From NCBI GenBank assembly GCA_963803435.1, contig CAWDML010000007.1, forward strand, positions 480,001 to 544,000: DNA of 64,000 bases, in the 5' to 3' direction. The position numbers were made by a program, and so were the translations under genes. The stretch's first letter is position 1. Each line of letters begins with the position of its first letter. Below, in pieces: positions 19,204 to 32,792 of the stretch. The stretch comes from an uncultured delta proteobacterium. Lineage in GTDB: Bacteria > Myxococcota > Kuafuiibacteriia > Kuafuiibacteriales > Kuafuiibacteriaceae. The notes under the pieces are model-generated. The model was not told the origin of the DNA. It was given only the letters and a program-made list of their open reading frames with translations, and searched no databases.

Positions 19204-19238
19204 GTCGCGTGAGCGCTTACGCGCCACACGCTCCTAGC

Positions 19239-20708
<1,470 letters not shown>

Positions 20709-20787
20709 ACCCCGAGACCTTACTACACGGTCGGTTAAGCTGAAGGCCAGATGAGCCGATCGACACCAAAGAGGCCGCCCTCGAGCG

Positions 20788-23700
20788 ATGGAGCTCAGCA
20801 CAGAACGCAGACCGCGGATTCCAGGTCTTTCGCTGGAACGAGAGATCGGCCGCGGTGCGCATAGCGTCGTCTATGACGCGAGGCGAGGCGCAAAGCGCTA
20901 CGCGGTCAAGGTCGAACGTCCCGGTCCATCCTCGCAAGCCGCGGCCTTCGCCCGCGAAGCCGGGGCCCTGGCCCGGATCGTCCATCCCGGGCTCGCCGCA
21001 ATCCAGGAGATCGGCGAAGCGGGTGGGCTGTCGTACATCGTCATGGAGTACCTGGAGGGGATCACGCTGGCCGAAGCGCTGGAGAAGGGTCCCTTCGATG
21101 AAGCGCGCGTGATCCAGATCGGCCGATCGATCGCGGGGGCGCTCGCCGCCGTCCATCGCCAGGGCCTGGTTCACCGCGACGTCAAGCCACAAAACATCCT
21201 GTGCGCCGACGACGGCAGCCTCAAGCTCATCGACTTCGGCTTCACATCGTCGGCCGGCGCCGCGCCGATCGAAGACGGTCTGGTGGGAACGCTCGCCTAC
21301 TGCTCGCCGGAGCAGGCGGGCGTGCTCAAGCGCGGCATCGACGCGCGGTCCGATCTCTATGCGCTCGGGGTGGTGATGTTCGAGTCGGCGACCGGCCGCC
21401 TCCCCTTCTCCTCCCGCATCCCCGCCGAGCTCCTGCGACAGCACGCCGCGACGCCTCCCCCGCCGGCGCGCTCGGTGAACCCGTCCCTCTCCGAGGCGCT
21501 CGAGCGGATCATCGCGAAGCTCCTGGCCAAGGATCCCGACGATCGGCATCAGAGCGCCGTCGGGTTGGTCGACGACCTCTCGCGGATCCATGAGCTGACG
21601 GGCCAGCTCGAGCGCGGCGAGGCCCTTGTCCTCGACGGTCGGCCCCGGCCCCACGGCCGTCCGTCCGACGGCCCTCTCGTCGGCCGCACGCGCGAGATGA
21701 AGCAGATCGGCGACGCGTGGCGCGAGGCGCACCGCGGCGCGGGAAGCCTGCTGCTCGTCACCGGCGAGCCCGGCAGTGGCAAGAGCCGGCTGATGCGCGA
21801 GCTGTTGTCCGCGGGCACCGAAGACGGCGTCCCCATCCTCTACGGGCGCTGTCAGGTTGGAGGGATCCTCCCGTTCGCGCCCCTCCGCAGCGCCCTCGAC
21901 GAGTGGCTGCGCCAGGTCTCGCTGCTGCCCGATCCACAGCGCACGGAGGTGGCACGCCGGATCGCGGACGCATCGGCAAAGACGGCCCCGCTCCTCGAGC
22001 ACTTCTCGCCACTCTTGGGCAGCTTTCTTCCCGACGCCGGCTGCCTCGCCGGCATCGAGCAGATGCAGGATCAATTCTACGATGCGATCGCCGACTTCCT
22101 GGTCGAGCTGTCGCGACTGAGCGGCGGCGCGATCCTGGCCATCGACGACATTCAATGGATCGACGATGCCTCCGCCCAGGTGATCAAGCGCCTGGCTCCA
22201 TCGATCGGAAGGACGCCGCTGGTGCTCGCGTGTACCGGACGAAGCGATCCGGACAGCACGGAGCAAACCGCGCGCTTTCGCCGGCTCGCCGAGAGCGCCC
22301 CCACGGTTTCGATCCACCTCGAAGGCCTCAGCAGCTCGGACCTCGGGCACCTGATCGCCGACTTCCTGGGCGGCAGGCCCTTTGATGAGGCTCTGGTGGA
22401 GAAGATCGCGACGCGCAGCGGAGGCAACCCGTTCGCGGCCGGCGAGTATCTCAGGAGCATGATCGACTCAGGCCTCCTCCAGCCGTCGTGGGGCAAATGG
22501 AAGCTCAAGACGGAGATGCTCGAGCGGCTCGATCTTCCCGCCGACGTCCTCGAGCTGATCGTCCAGCGGATCTCCCGGCTGGAAGAGAGCACCCGCGAGG
22601 TGCTGGCGCTGGCGGCGGTGGCCGGCCTCAGCTTCGACGCGGCGATCGTCCGCTCGATCGCACAAGATCCGTCCGCGGTGGCACGAGCGCTCTCCGAGGC
22701 AGCCCGGTCGCGCCTGATCGAGACCGATGACGGCGCACACTACCGGTTCGTTCACGATCGCGTGCGCGAGGCGATCCTCGCGGACCTCCCCGTCGAGGAG
22801 GCCCGCCGGATCCACCGCGCAATCGCCGCGGCCCTCGAGTCCGCCCCCGAGAGCGAGGAGCAGCTCTACGCCCTGGCGCAGCACTATCACCTGGGTGGCT
22901 CCGAGCACGCGCCCGAGCGCAGCTATGAGATCAATGCGCGCGCCGCCCTCCGCGCCGCGGGGAGCTTCGCGTTCGTCCGCGCCTATGAGCTGTTCCAGCA
23001 AGCGGACGCCGCAGCCCGGCTCGCCGGGCAAGGGATCACCCCCGAGGTGGAGGCGGCCTTCGGCGACGCCTGCGCCCGGACGGGACGCGTGGACGAGGCG
23101 GTCGCGCACATCCGGAGTGCGCTGACCCGCACCCGCGATCCGGTCCGGCGGGCGATGCTCCGGTACGCCATCTCCAAGGCCCACCTCTCCCGGCACGACA
23201 CGCACGGGGCACGCCGGGAGGCGGAGCTCGCGTTCGGCGAGCTCGGCCGGCGCGCGCCTGCATCGACCCTGATCAACGTGGTGCTCTCGTTCCTGATCTG
23301 GATCTACGGCTGGATCCTCCGGCGAGTGCCGGCGTTCTATGGCACGGCCCGCGGCTCGGATCGGGATCGGCAGATCGCGCTGGTCACGCTCTACCAACAC
23401 TTCAGCTACGTCTCGTACTTCGAGATGAACCCGATCGCGATGGTGCAAGGCACCTTGCGCGCATATCCGTCCGCTGTCCGCGTGGGACCCTCACGTCCGT
23501 ACGTCGAGCTGGTGGGCTCCGGCGGCGTGGTGCTCGGCTTCGCAGGACGCCGCCGCCTGGCGGAGCGAACGCTCGAGGGCATGTTCACGATGGCGAGGCA
23601 GCTCGATGATCCGGTCGCGCTCGCCCGCGTCGGGTACGGCCACGCCCTGATGCTGCACTTTCTCGGCCGACCCGAGGAGGCCGAGGCCTCGATGAAGTCG

Positions 23701-26194
23701 TGCCTCGAGCGCTCCGGCCACTGGATGGAGAACTCCGACTACCTCACGGGCTGCGCCGATCTCTCCTGGAACCTGATGATGCGGGGACACACCGCGGAGG
23801 GACTCCGCTGGATCGACCGCGCCGACGCTCGGGCGGCCCTCAGCAGCGCCGAGAGTCGGCTAGCGCAAGGCCACACCTACCGCTGCTACGCCGGCCCGCT
23901 CTTGGCGATGCTCGGTCGAGGCGGACAGGGACGGGACCACCTCGACCAGTTCGGCCGCCTGCTCGAGCAGCCGCCGGTCGGGCGCTGGCGGCTGGGCAGC
24001 TTCCTCGCCCACCGCGCGCTCCTCTTGGTGGAGCAGGGAGAGCTCGGTGCCCCGCTCGAGGAGGTGATCCGCCGCATCCAGGCGCTCGGGCTCCGCCCGC
24101 GGCGCGTGCCCCTCACAATCAAGCACTTCTACGTGGCGCAGGCAATCGCGCGCCTCGACCAATACGAGCGTACGGAGAGAGGCGAGCGGGCGGCGCTGTT
24201 CGGGCAGGTCGAGCGCGCGCTCAGCGAGCTTCGCTCGGCCTCCACCCACCCCACCCTGCTCGCCCACCGCCTCGTGCTCGACGGGCGCTACGCACGACTT
24301 CGGGGCCGGCGCAGTCGGGCTCACCGGCTCCTGAGCCGAGCGGAGGTCCTCGCGCTCACCACCAGCAACCGCTGGGTGCTCTTCGAGGTCCATCGCGAGC
24401 GGGCGCGACTCCTGGCGGACAGCCGGCGCTCGAGCTCGAGCGAACAGGTCGCCGATCAGGCGTTTCAGCTGGCGCTGCGCCAGGGGTGGATGCTCCGAGC
24501 GCGGGCGGTGCGAATCGAGTTCCGCCTCGATCGATCGGGAAACTCGCTATCCGAGATGCGGACGGCGCCAACCCGCACGGACATCGCGGCGATCCAGCTC
24601 AACAGCCACCTCGAGTCGCTGCTCGAGGTGAGCCTCGTCTCAGCGACCTCGCTCGATCCGTCGGCGCAGGCCCGTGCCGCGCTCGACGCCCTCGTGCGCA
24701 TCCTCGGCGCCGAGCGCGCCTATCTGTTTCTCGTCGACGACGCCGGCGAGCTGGCGTTCACGGCCGGTCGAGGCGCGGGCGGCGAGGATTTCTCGACCCT
24801 CTCCGGTTACAGCATGACGGTCGTCCGTCGGGTCTTCGCGACCGAGCAGGCGCTGGTGGTCAGCAGCACCGAGGACTCGGACCTCGAGACCGCGAAGAGC
24901 GTGGTCGCGCACGACCTCAGGAGCATCATGGCGGCGCCGCTGTCCCTCCGGGGGCGCCTTCGTCGGCATCGTGTATCTCGACAGCCGTCTGGCCCGCGGC
25001 CTCTTCACCTCGGAGGACGTCGACATCCTCCGAGGCATCGGCAACCTCATCGCCTTCACCATCGCGACGGCGCGCACGGCGCAGCTCGAGGTGGTTGTCG
25101 AGTCCGAACGCGCGCAGCGCAAGCTCGCAGAGACGCTGCGCTCGGTGAGCGCCACCTTGAACGCGACGTTGCATCTGGACACCGTCCTGGGCCGCCTCCT
25201 CGAATCCCTCACCAAGGTGGTCCCGTACGACCGAGCGCTCGTCATGCTGCGCGAGGACGCGGGCTTCAAGGTGGTGGCCGCGCGGGCGCACGGGGAGGAG
25301 ATGATCGGGCGCGTGATCGATCCTTCGACGCACCCGCAGCTCCGGCGGATCATCAGCCGCGAGACGCCGTACGTCTCCGAGAGCGCTCGACACTATCTCG
25401 AAGATCACGACGTGCGGTCGTGGGTCGGCGTGCCGCTGGTCGTGCGAGACCGGGTCGTCGGAATCCTGACGATCGACAGCCTCCAGGGGGCCCGATACGA
25501 CGACTCGATGGCGTCCATCGTGGTGACGTTCGCCGAGCAGGCGGCCACGGCCGTGGAGAACGCGCGTCTGTTCGAAGAAGCGGAACGTCGCGCCACCACC
25601 GATCCGCTGACGAACGCGCTAAACCGCGGCCAGCTCTTCATGATCGGCGAGCAGATGCTCCGGCGCGCCCATCGCAACCGAGAGTCGATCAGCGTGCTCC
25701 TGGTCGACGTCGATCACTTCAAAAGGGTGAACGACACCTACGGCCATGCTGCCGGCGACCGAGTGCTGATCCAGGTCGTCCGCGCGATGCAGGGCTGCCT
25801 GCGAGCCAGCGACATCCTGGGAAGGTACGGAGGCGAGGAGTTCGGAATCGTCCTACCGGAGGCGGACGCGGAGGGCGCCGAGCTGGTGGCGGCGCGGCTG
25901 CTGGCGGCGATCTCGAGCCTCACGATCTCGAGCGAATCGGGGCCGATCCGCGTGACGGTGAGCATCGGAAGCGCCTCGATCGTGCCGGAGACCGCGAGCG
26001 AGCTCTCAAAGCTCTTCGCGCGGGCCGACGCCGCGCTCTATCGCGCGAAGGACTTGGGCCGGAACCGCGTCACGAGCGCTCAATCGAGCGGGACGCAGAC
26101 CTTCTTCTCGGAGCCGTCCGCCCCGGGGCTCGAGATGCAGCCGTCGAGCGAATCACTCCAGACCGAGCGCCTTCAGCAACGTCGCGCGCGCTGA
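20788..26194 (+). CDS. Ser/Thr kinase-AAA ATPase-TPR-GAF-GAF-GGDEF diguanylate cyclase, +1 frameshift at 24950-24954
   Basis: HRDVKPQN/DFG, GEPGSGKS, IDDIQW, FVHDRVRE, GAF domains, DVDHFKRVND, RASDILGRYGGEEF. Removing one G from the G5 run gives LRGAFVGIVYLDSR and fuses the two ORFs. Confidence 0.85.
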
Positions 26195-27436
26195 AGCGAG
26201 GTTGTACTCCGCCTGAACCTGCTGAGCGAGCGCGTTGGCGAGCACGAGCTGCGCATCACTGAGCTCGAATCGAGCTCCCCACGCCCGTCTCGTACCGGCC
26301 CTCCGCGAGCCGGAGACGCTCGCGCGCGTTGTCGGCGGCCTCCGCGGCCGCGCTCACCACCGCCTTCGCGGCCAGCACCGCCAGCCGGGCTTGCTCGACC
26401 TCGACCTGGACCGACAACCGCAGCGAGGCGACCTGCGCCTCGATGCTGGCGATCTGGGCCCTCGCCTCGTCCGCCTGCGCGCGCGTGAGGCCGCCCTCGA
26501 AGAAGGACCAGGACAAGGTCACGCCGGTGTCGAGGTTCCACGCGAGGGAGTTGAACGAGGTCCCGCCGTCCGAGAAGCCCGAGGTCAACCCGAGCCGCGG
26601 CCAGTAGGCGCCCTGAATGCTGTCGAGCGTCAGCTCCTGAGCCCGCACTTGATTCTCCAGCGCCGCGAGCTCGGGCCGCGCCGCCAGCGCGCGATCGAGG
26701 AGGCTCTGCGCCGGCTGCTCCTCGCCCTCCACGGGCGGCATCGACTCGTCCGCCACGTCGAAGTCCGGGACACCCTCGACGCCCATCGCCTGCATCAAGC
26801 GGGCTTTCGCGCTGGCGTAGCCGTTCTCGGCGTTGATCAGCTGCACGCGGGCGTTGGCCACGTCGGTCCGGACCTGCGCCAGATCGATCTCGGGTCGGGT
26901 CCCGGCCTCCACGAAGGCCTTCACCTGCGCCAGGTGCTTCTCCTGGTTGTCGAGCGTCTCCTGCGCCACTCGCACCAACGCCTTGCCGGCGCGCGCGTCG
27001 AAGTACGTGGTGCGAACGTTGAGCCCCACCTGGAGGCGCGTGGACCGCTCGCTCTGCTCGCTCGCCTTCGCCAGCTCCAGGCTCGCCTTGTGGCGATCCC
27101 AGGTGTTGCCGAAGTCCCATACCAGCTGATCGGCGTTCACGCCGAAGTTGAAGTAGTTGAACGTGTCGAAGCTCGAGCTCTGCGAGCCGACGTTGGCGCC
27201 CATCGGGACGAAGCCAGGCCGCGCGACGAAGTTCGCAGTGGTTCGTTGATACGAGGCGGTCCCGCCCAGCTGCGGGAGAAACGGGGCCAGGGTCTGGTCC
27301 GCGCGGGCCTGGGCGGCCTGGGTGTCGGCGTGCGCACGCCGGACGTCGGGCTGACGCTGGTGCGCGGTGTCGAGCGCCTCGGCCAGCGTGATCACCCGCG
27401 GCGCGGACAGGAGCAGCAGGAGCGGGAGAAAGGGCA

Positions 27437-27437
<1 letters not shown>
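26153..27437 (-). CDS. TolC-family outer-membrane efflux protein, +1 frameshift near 26268
   Basis: ITLAEALDTA, LVWDFG, RYETGVGS; shifted frame continues ELSDAQLVLANALAQQVQAEYNLASARATLLKALGLE*. Confidence 0.85.
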
Positions 27438-28662
<1,225 letters not shown>

Positions 28663-28666
<4 letters not shown>

Positions 28667-29355
28667 GCGGGCACCTCTCTCTGCTCGTCGCGATCGACGT
28701 GGCCATCCTTCATCCAGATCACGCGCGATCCGTAGGCGGCCACGTCGGGCTCGTGCGTAACGAGCACCATGGTGATGCCGCTCCGGCCGAGCTCGCGGAA
28801 GAGCTCCATGATCTCGACGGTGGTGCGCGAGTCCAGGTTCCCGGTGGGCTCGTCGGCGAGGATCACCCGCGGACCGTTCGCGATGGCCCGCGCCACCGCG
28901 ACCCGCTGCTGCTGGCCGCCGGAGAGCTGATTCGGGGTGTGGTCCATCCGCTCGGCGAGGCCGACCCGGTCGAGCGCCTCCGCGGCGCGGCGGCGGCGCT
29001 CGCGCGTGGACAGCCCGCTGTACAGCATCGGCAGCTCCACGTTCTCGAGCGCGCTGGTGCGCGGCAGCAGGTTGAAGCTCTGGAACACGAACCCGAGGGT
29101 TCGATTCCGGACCAGGGCCAGCTCGTGCCGCTTGAGGTGGGAGACGTCGCGTCCGTCGAGCAGGTAGCGCCCCGAGGTGGGCCGGTCCAGGCATCCAACC
29201 ACGTTCATCAGCGTCGACTTGCCCGATCCCGAGGAGCCCATGACGGCGAGGAACTCGCGCTCCGCGATCGAGACGGTGATCCCGTCGAGAGCACGGACCT
29301 CCATGTCACCCATGCGATAGATGCGGGAGACGTCGGTCAGCTCGATCAACATCAC
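28663..29355 (-). CDS. MacB/LolD-type ABC transporter ATP-binding protein
   Basis: [29 protein letters not shown]. Confidence 0.93.
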
Positions 29356-30476
29356 AGGAATCCGGGCGGGCGGCGGCGGCCCCCGGCCTCGCCTGCGAGC
29401 GCACCGATGATCACGGCGTCGTGCTCGGACAGCTCCCCACCGGTGATCTCGGTGAAGCGGCCGTCGCTCACGCCGGTCTCGACGAGGACGCGCACCGGCT
29501 TCCCCGACTCCAGCCGGTAGACCGTACGGCCCTCGACCTCCTCCTTGTCGTCGCTGGGGCGGAAGCGGAGCGCGGCGTTGGGCACGCGCATCACGTCCTT
29601 CCGCTCGGCCACTACGAACGTGACGTTCGCGGTCATGCCAGGCTTGAGCTCGAGGTCATCGTTGGAGACGTCGATCACCGCGTCGTACGTGACCACGTTG
29701 GAGACCATCTGGGCGGCGTTGCGGATCTGGCGGACCTTGCCGACGAACGGCTTGCCCGGATAGGCGTCGACCGTGAAGCGAGCGTCCATGCCGGAGCGGA
29801 GCTTGCCCACGTCGGCCTCGGCGACGCTGGTGTCGACCTGCATGCGTCGCAGATCCTCGGCGATCACAAACAGCACGGGCGCCTGAAGCGACGCCGCCAC
29901 GGTCTGACCCACGTCGACGTCCCGCGAGATCACGACGCCGTCGATCGGCGAGACGATGGTGGTGTACCCGAGGTTGACGCTGGCCTGCTCGAGGGCCGCC
30001 TGGGTCTGGGCCAGCGTGGCCTTGGCCGCCTCGACCTGCGACGCGGCGACCTCGGCGTTGGCCTCCGCGGTCTCGGCGTCGGCCGTCGCGATCAGCTTTC
30101 GCTCGGCCAGGCTCTTGATCCGCTCGGCCTGCCGGCCGGCGTCCTTGGCCTGCACCACCGACTTGGCCACGTTCGCCTTGGCCGCCTGGAAGTTGGCGCG
30201 GGCCTGGTTGATCGCAGCCTCGAACAGCTGCGGATCGAGACGGGCCAGCACGTCACCCTTCTTCACGTGGGAGTTGAAGTCGGCCGGGAGCTCCTTGATC
30301 CGCCCCGAGACCTGGCTGCCGACCTGAACGGTGACGAGCGCCGAGAGGGTGCCGGTGGCGGTGACCTTGGACACGATGGTGCCGCGATCCACCCCGCGGG
30401 TCTCGAAGCGCGGTCCCTGCGGCTTTTTGCTGCAGGCGAGGAGGGCCAGGAGAGAGAGGAGGAGGAGCCGCCGCAC
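29352..30476 (-). CDS. MacA-like efflux periplasmic adaptor subunit
   Basis: Lipobox LLAC, VQVGSQVSGRI, SPIDGVVISR, LKPGMTANV. Confidence 0.9.
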   Translation of the reverse strand: MRRLLLLSLLALLACSKKPQGPRFETRGVDRGTIVSKVTATGTLSALVTVQVGSQVSGRIKELPADFNSHVKKGDVLARLDPQLFEAAINQARANFQAAKANVAKSVVQAKDAGRQAERIKSLAERKLIATADAETAEANAEVAASQVEAAKATLAQTQAALEQASVNLGYTTIVSPIDGVVISRDVDVGQTVAASLQAPVLFVIAEDLRRMQVDTSVAEADVGKLRSGMDARFTVDAYPGKPFVGKVRQIRNAAQMVSNVVTYDAVIDVSNDDLELKPGMTANVTFVVAERKDVMRVPNAALRFRPSDDKEEVEGRTVYRLESGKPVRVLVETGVSDGRFTEITGGELSEHDAVIIGALAGEAGGRRRPPGFL

Positions 30477-30555
30477 CGGTCTGTCGACCACACCAGGGCC
30501 GCGCGACCGGAGCAACGAGGAAGGCGCGGCTTCACATTTCTTAAGAGCTCGTGGT

Positions 30556-30572
30556 AGCTGGTCCGACCAGTT
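30556..30572. promoter_or_regulatory. FadR/GntR-type operator palindrome
   Basis: AGCTGGTCCGACCAGTT fits the TGGT-N3-ACCA FadR-subfamily consensus, 3 bp before the regulator ATG. Confidence 0.75.
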
Positions 30573-30575
30573 GAT

Positions 30576-31268
30576 ATGCGCCCGCAGACTAAGCAACGAA
30601 AGATCGGAGAGGAGATCGCGGAGAACCTCCGCGAGGCGATCGTCGAAGGGCAGATCCGACCGGGAGAAGCGCTGCCCTCGGAGCGCGAGCTGGCGCAGAC
30701 CCTCGAGGTGAATCGATCGAGCGTCCGGGAGGCGATCCTGCGCCTCGAGGCGTGGGGGCTGGTCGAGATCCGACAGGGTGGCTCGACGCGCGTGCGGGAC
30801 TACCTGGTCTCGGCGGGGCTCGGCCTGCTCCCGCATCTGTTCTCGGTGGGCAAGCGGATCGATCCCGGGCTCCTGCGCGACCTCCACGAGATCCGGGCGA
30901 TGCTGTTCGGCTGGTGCGCCGAGCGCGCCGCCGTCCACGCGGACGCCGCCGCGGTCCAGCGGTTGGAGACGATCGCGCAGTCGCTCTCCTCGAGCTCCGT
31001 TCGGACGCTCCAGGAGCTCGACTATGACTTCTTCGACGAGCTGGTGCGCATCACCGGGAACCGCGTGCTGTCGCTGCTCAGCAACGTAGTACGCGACATC
31101 TACATGAAGGAGCGCGAGCGGTTCGCGGCGATGTATCGCCCCGGCGTCTTCGATCCCTCCCATCACCGGCGGACGGTCGAGGCGATCCGGCTGCACGATC
31201 CCGCGACGGCGTCCGCCGAGATGCGGGCCCACGCGCTCAGCGCGCTCGCCACCCTGGAGGAGCCATGA
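30576..31268 (+). CDS. GntR/FadR-family transcriptional regulator
   Basis: PGEALPSERELAQTLEVNRSSVREAI winged HTH; FCD-like C-terminus. Confidence 0.9.
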   Translation: MRPQTKQRKIGEEIAENLREAIVEGQIRPGEALPSERELAQTLEVNRSSVREAILRLEAWGLVEIRQGGSTRVRDYLVSAGLGLLPHLFSVGKRIDPGLLRDLHEIRAMLFGWCAERAAVHADAAAVQRLETIAQSLSSSSVRTLQELDYDFFDELVRITGNRVLSLLSNVVRDIYMKERERFAAMYRPGVFDPSHHRRTVEAIRLHDPATASAEMRAHALSALATLEEP

Positions 31269-32305
31269 ACCTGATGACCCGCAGCCCGGAGCCGGCGGCC
31301 AACGCCCCGCGCTACGCAGAGGGGAGCCACGGTCACGTCGAGAGCTACTTCTTGCGTGCCAACGATCCCGACCGTCCGCGCGCCCTCTGGATCAAGGGCA
31401 CCATCCTGGCGCCCCACGCCGGCGAGCCGCTGGCAGAGACCTGGTTCATCTGGTTCGACGGCGAGAAAAAGCGGACCTTCGCGCGGAAAGAGACGGTGCC
31501 GCTCCGGGAGGCTGTCGTCCTGCGCAGCGAGGGCGACGCCGTCGAGCTGTCAATCGCACGCACCCGCGTCGTGCTGGGCGCGTCGGGATCGGCCTCCGGC
31601 CAGATGGAGGATCCCGCGGGCGACGCCAGCTGGTCGCTCGACTTCCGCGCGGATCCGAGCCCGGTGGGCGGCCCGCTGGTGATGCTGCCGTGGCGCTTCC
31701 TGCGCGAGGGCCCGTTCCCCCGCTCGAAGCTGCTCACCCCCTTTCCCGCGCTGCAGTTCACGGGTCGGCTCTCGGTGCTCGGTGAGACGATCGCGATCGA
31801 CCGCTGGCCGGGCATGCAGGGCCACAACTGGGGCCGCGAGCACGCGTTCGAGTACGCGTGGGGTCAGTGCCTGTTTCCGGCGACCGGCGCGGGCCCCGAG
31901 GCCATGGTCGAGGGCTTCAGCGCCCGGGTGAAGCTGAGGAGCACGGTCTCGCCGCGCATGTCGGCGCTCGTGGTTCGACGCGGAGCGGAGACGTATCGCT
32001 TCGATCGGATCTTCGACTTCTGGCGCCAGCGGGCCACCATCGATCGCTGGCGCTGGACCGCCACCTTGACCGGGAGCGACGGCAGCGCCTCGCTGACGAT
32101 GGACGCGGGCGACATGCCGATCGCCTGCCTCGGGTATCGGAACCCGGACGGTCACCTCTCCTACTGCTTCAACACCAAGCTGGCGGCGGTGTGGCTCCAG
32201 GTCGAGCCCCGCTCGGGTGCCCGGTTCCAGCTCGAGAGCGCTCACGGAGGCGCGCTCGAGCTGCTCCGCCACGAGCCTGATCCGCGGATCAAGGAGATCG
32301 TCTGA
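31265..32305 (+). CDS. hypothetical protein, tocopherol-cyclase/AttH-like
   Basis: ESYFLRAN, GMQGHNWGREHAFEYAWGQC; ATGA coupling to the regulator. Confidence 0.6.
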   Translation: MNLMTRSPEPAANAPRYAEGSHGHVESYFLRANDPDRPRALWIKGTILAPHAGEPLAETWFIWFDGEKKRTFARKETVPLREAVVLRSEGDAVELSIARTRVVLGASGSASGQMEDPAGDASWSLDFRADPSPVGGPLVMLPWRFLREGPFPRSKLLTPFPALQFTGRLSVLGETIAIDRWPGMQGHNWGREHAFEYAWGQCLFPATGAGPEAMVEGFSARVKLRSTVSPRMSALVVRRGAETYRFDRIFDFWRQRATIDRWRWTATLTGSDGSASLTMDAGDMPIACLGYRNPDGHLSYCFNTKLAAVWLQVEPRSGARFQLESAHGGALELLRHEPDPRIKEIV

Positions 32306-32790
32306 TGGACCTCTCGTTCGTCGAGACCATGCGCGGAGAGCTGCGGGCTCCCTCCGGTGGCGCGAGCCCGGTGGAGCTCGGGATCGTCGCGGAGGCCCGA
32401 TCGCTCCCGAGGTTCCTCGAGGACGGCACCACGCGCATCCGCGGGCTGGTGCGCGCGCCTCCCTGGACGCTCCGATCGCCGGCCGTGGGGACGCTACGGC
32501 TGTCCCTCGGCGCGATCGCATACCGGATCGAGCTCTCGTCCGACGGCGGCGAGCCGCTGGTGCTGACGGGCACCAAGCATCCCTCGATCCTCTCGCCGTT
32601 GCGGTCGATGACAGTGATGCAAGTCAGCTTGCATGACGGCGCCGGCTCAGAGCTGGCGCGCGGGACGATGCGCTTCGAGCTCGCGGATCTCCCGCGCTTC
32701 GTCGCCTCGTGGCTCCCGATGGGCAAGCGGTCGCTCCGCGCGCTCGATCGACGGCGGCGCCGCGTCGAGCGCGGGCTGCTGGAGGGGTGA
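32305..32790 (+). CDS. hypothetical protein
   Basis: TGATG coupling; LSFVETMRG start resembles small domains found with cholesterol-oxidase-like proteins. Confidence 0.6.
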   Translation: MDLSFVETMRGELRAPSGGASPVELGIVAEARSLPRFLEDGTTRIRGLVRAPPWTLRSPAVGTLRLSLGAIAYRIELSSDGGEPLVLTGTKHPSILSPLRSMTVMQVSLHDGAGSELARGTMRFELADLPRFVASWLPMGKRSLRALDRRRRRVERGLLEG

Positions 32791-32792
32791 GC

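Larger units (their letters stand above)
17454..19237. mobile_element. degenerate IS1182-family composite element with four-helix-bundle cargo and nested IS5 unit
   Basis: Ends CTAGGAGCGTGTAGCGCGTAGCGC ... GCGCTTACGCGCCACACGCTCCTAG are inverted repeats; both ends match the element at 34682-35147. Confidence 0.85.
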
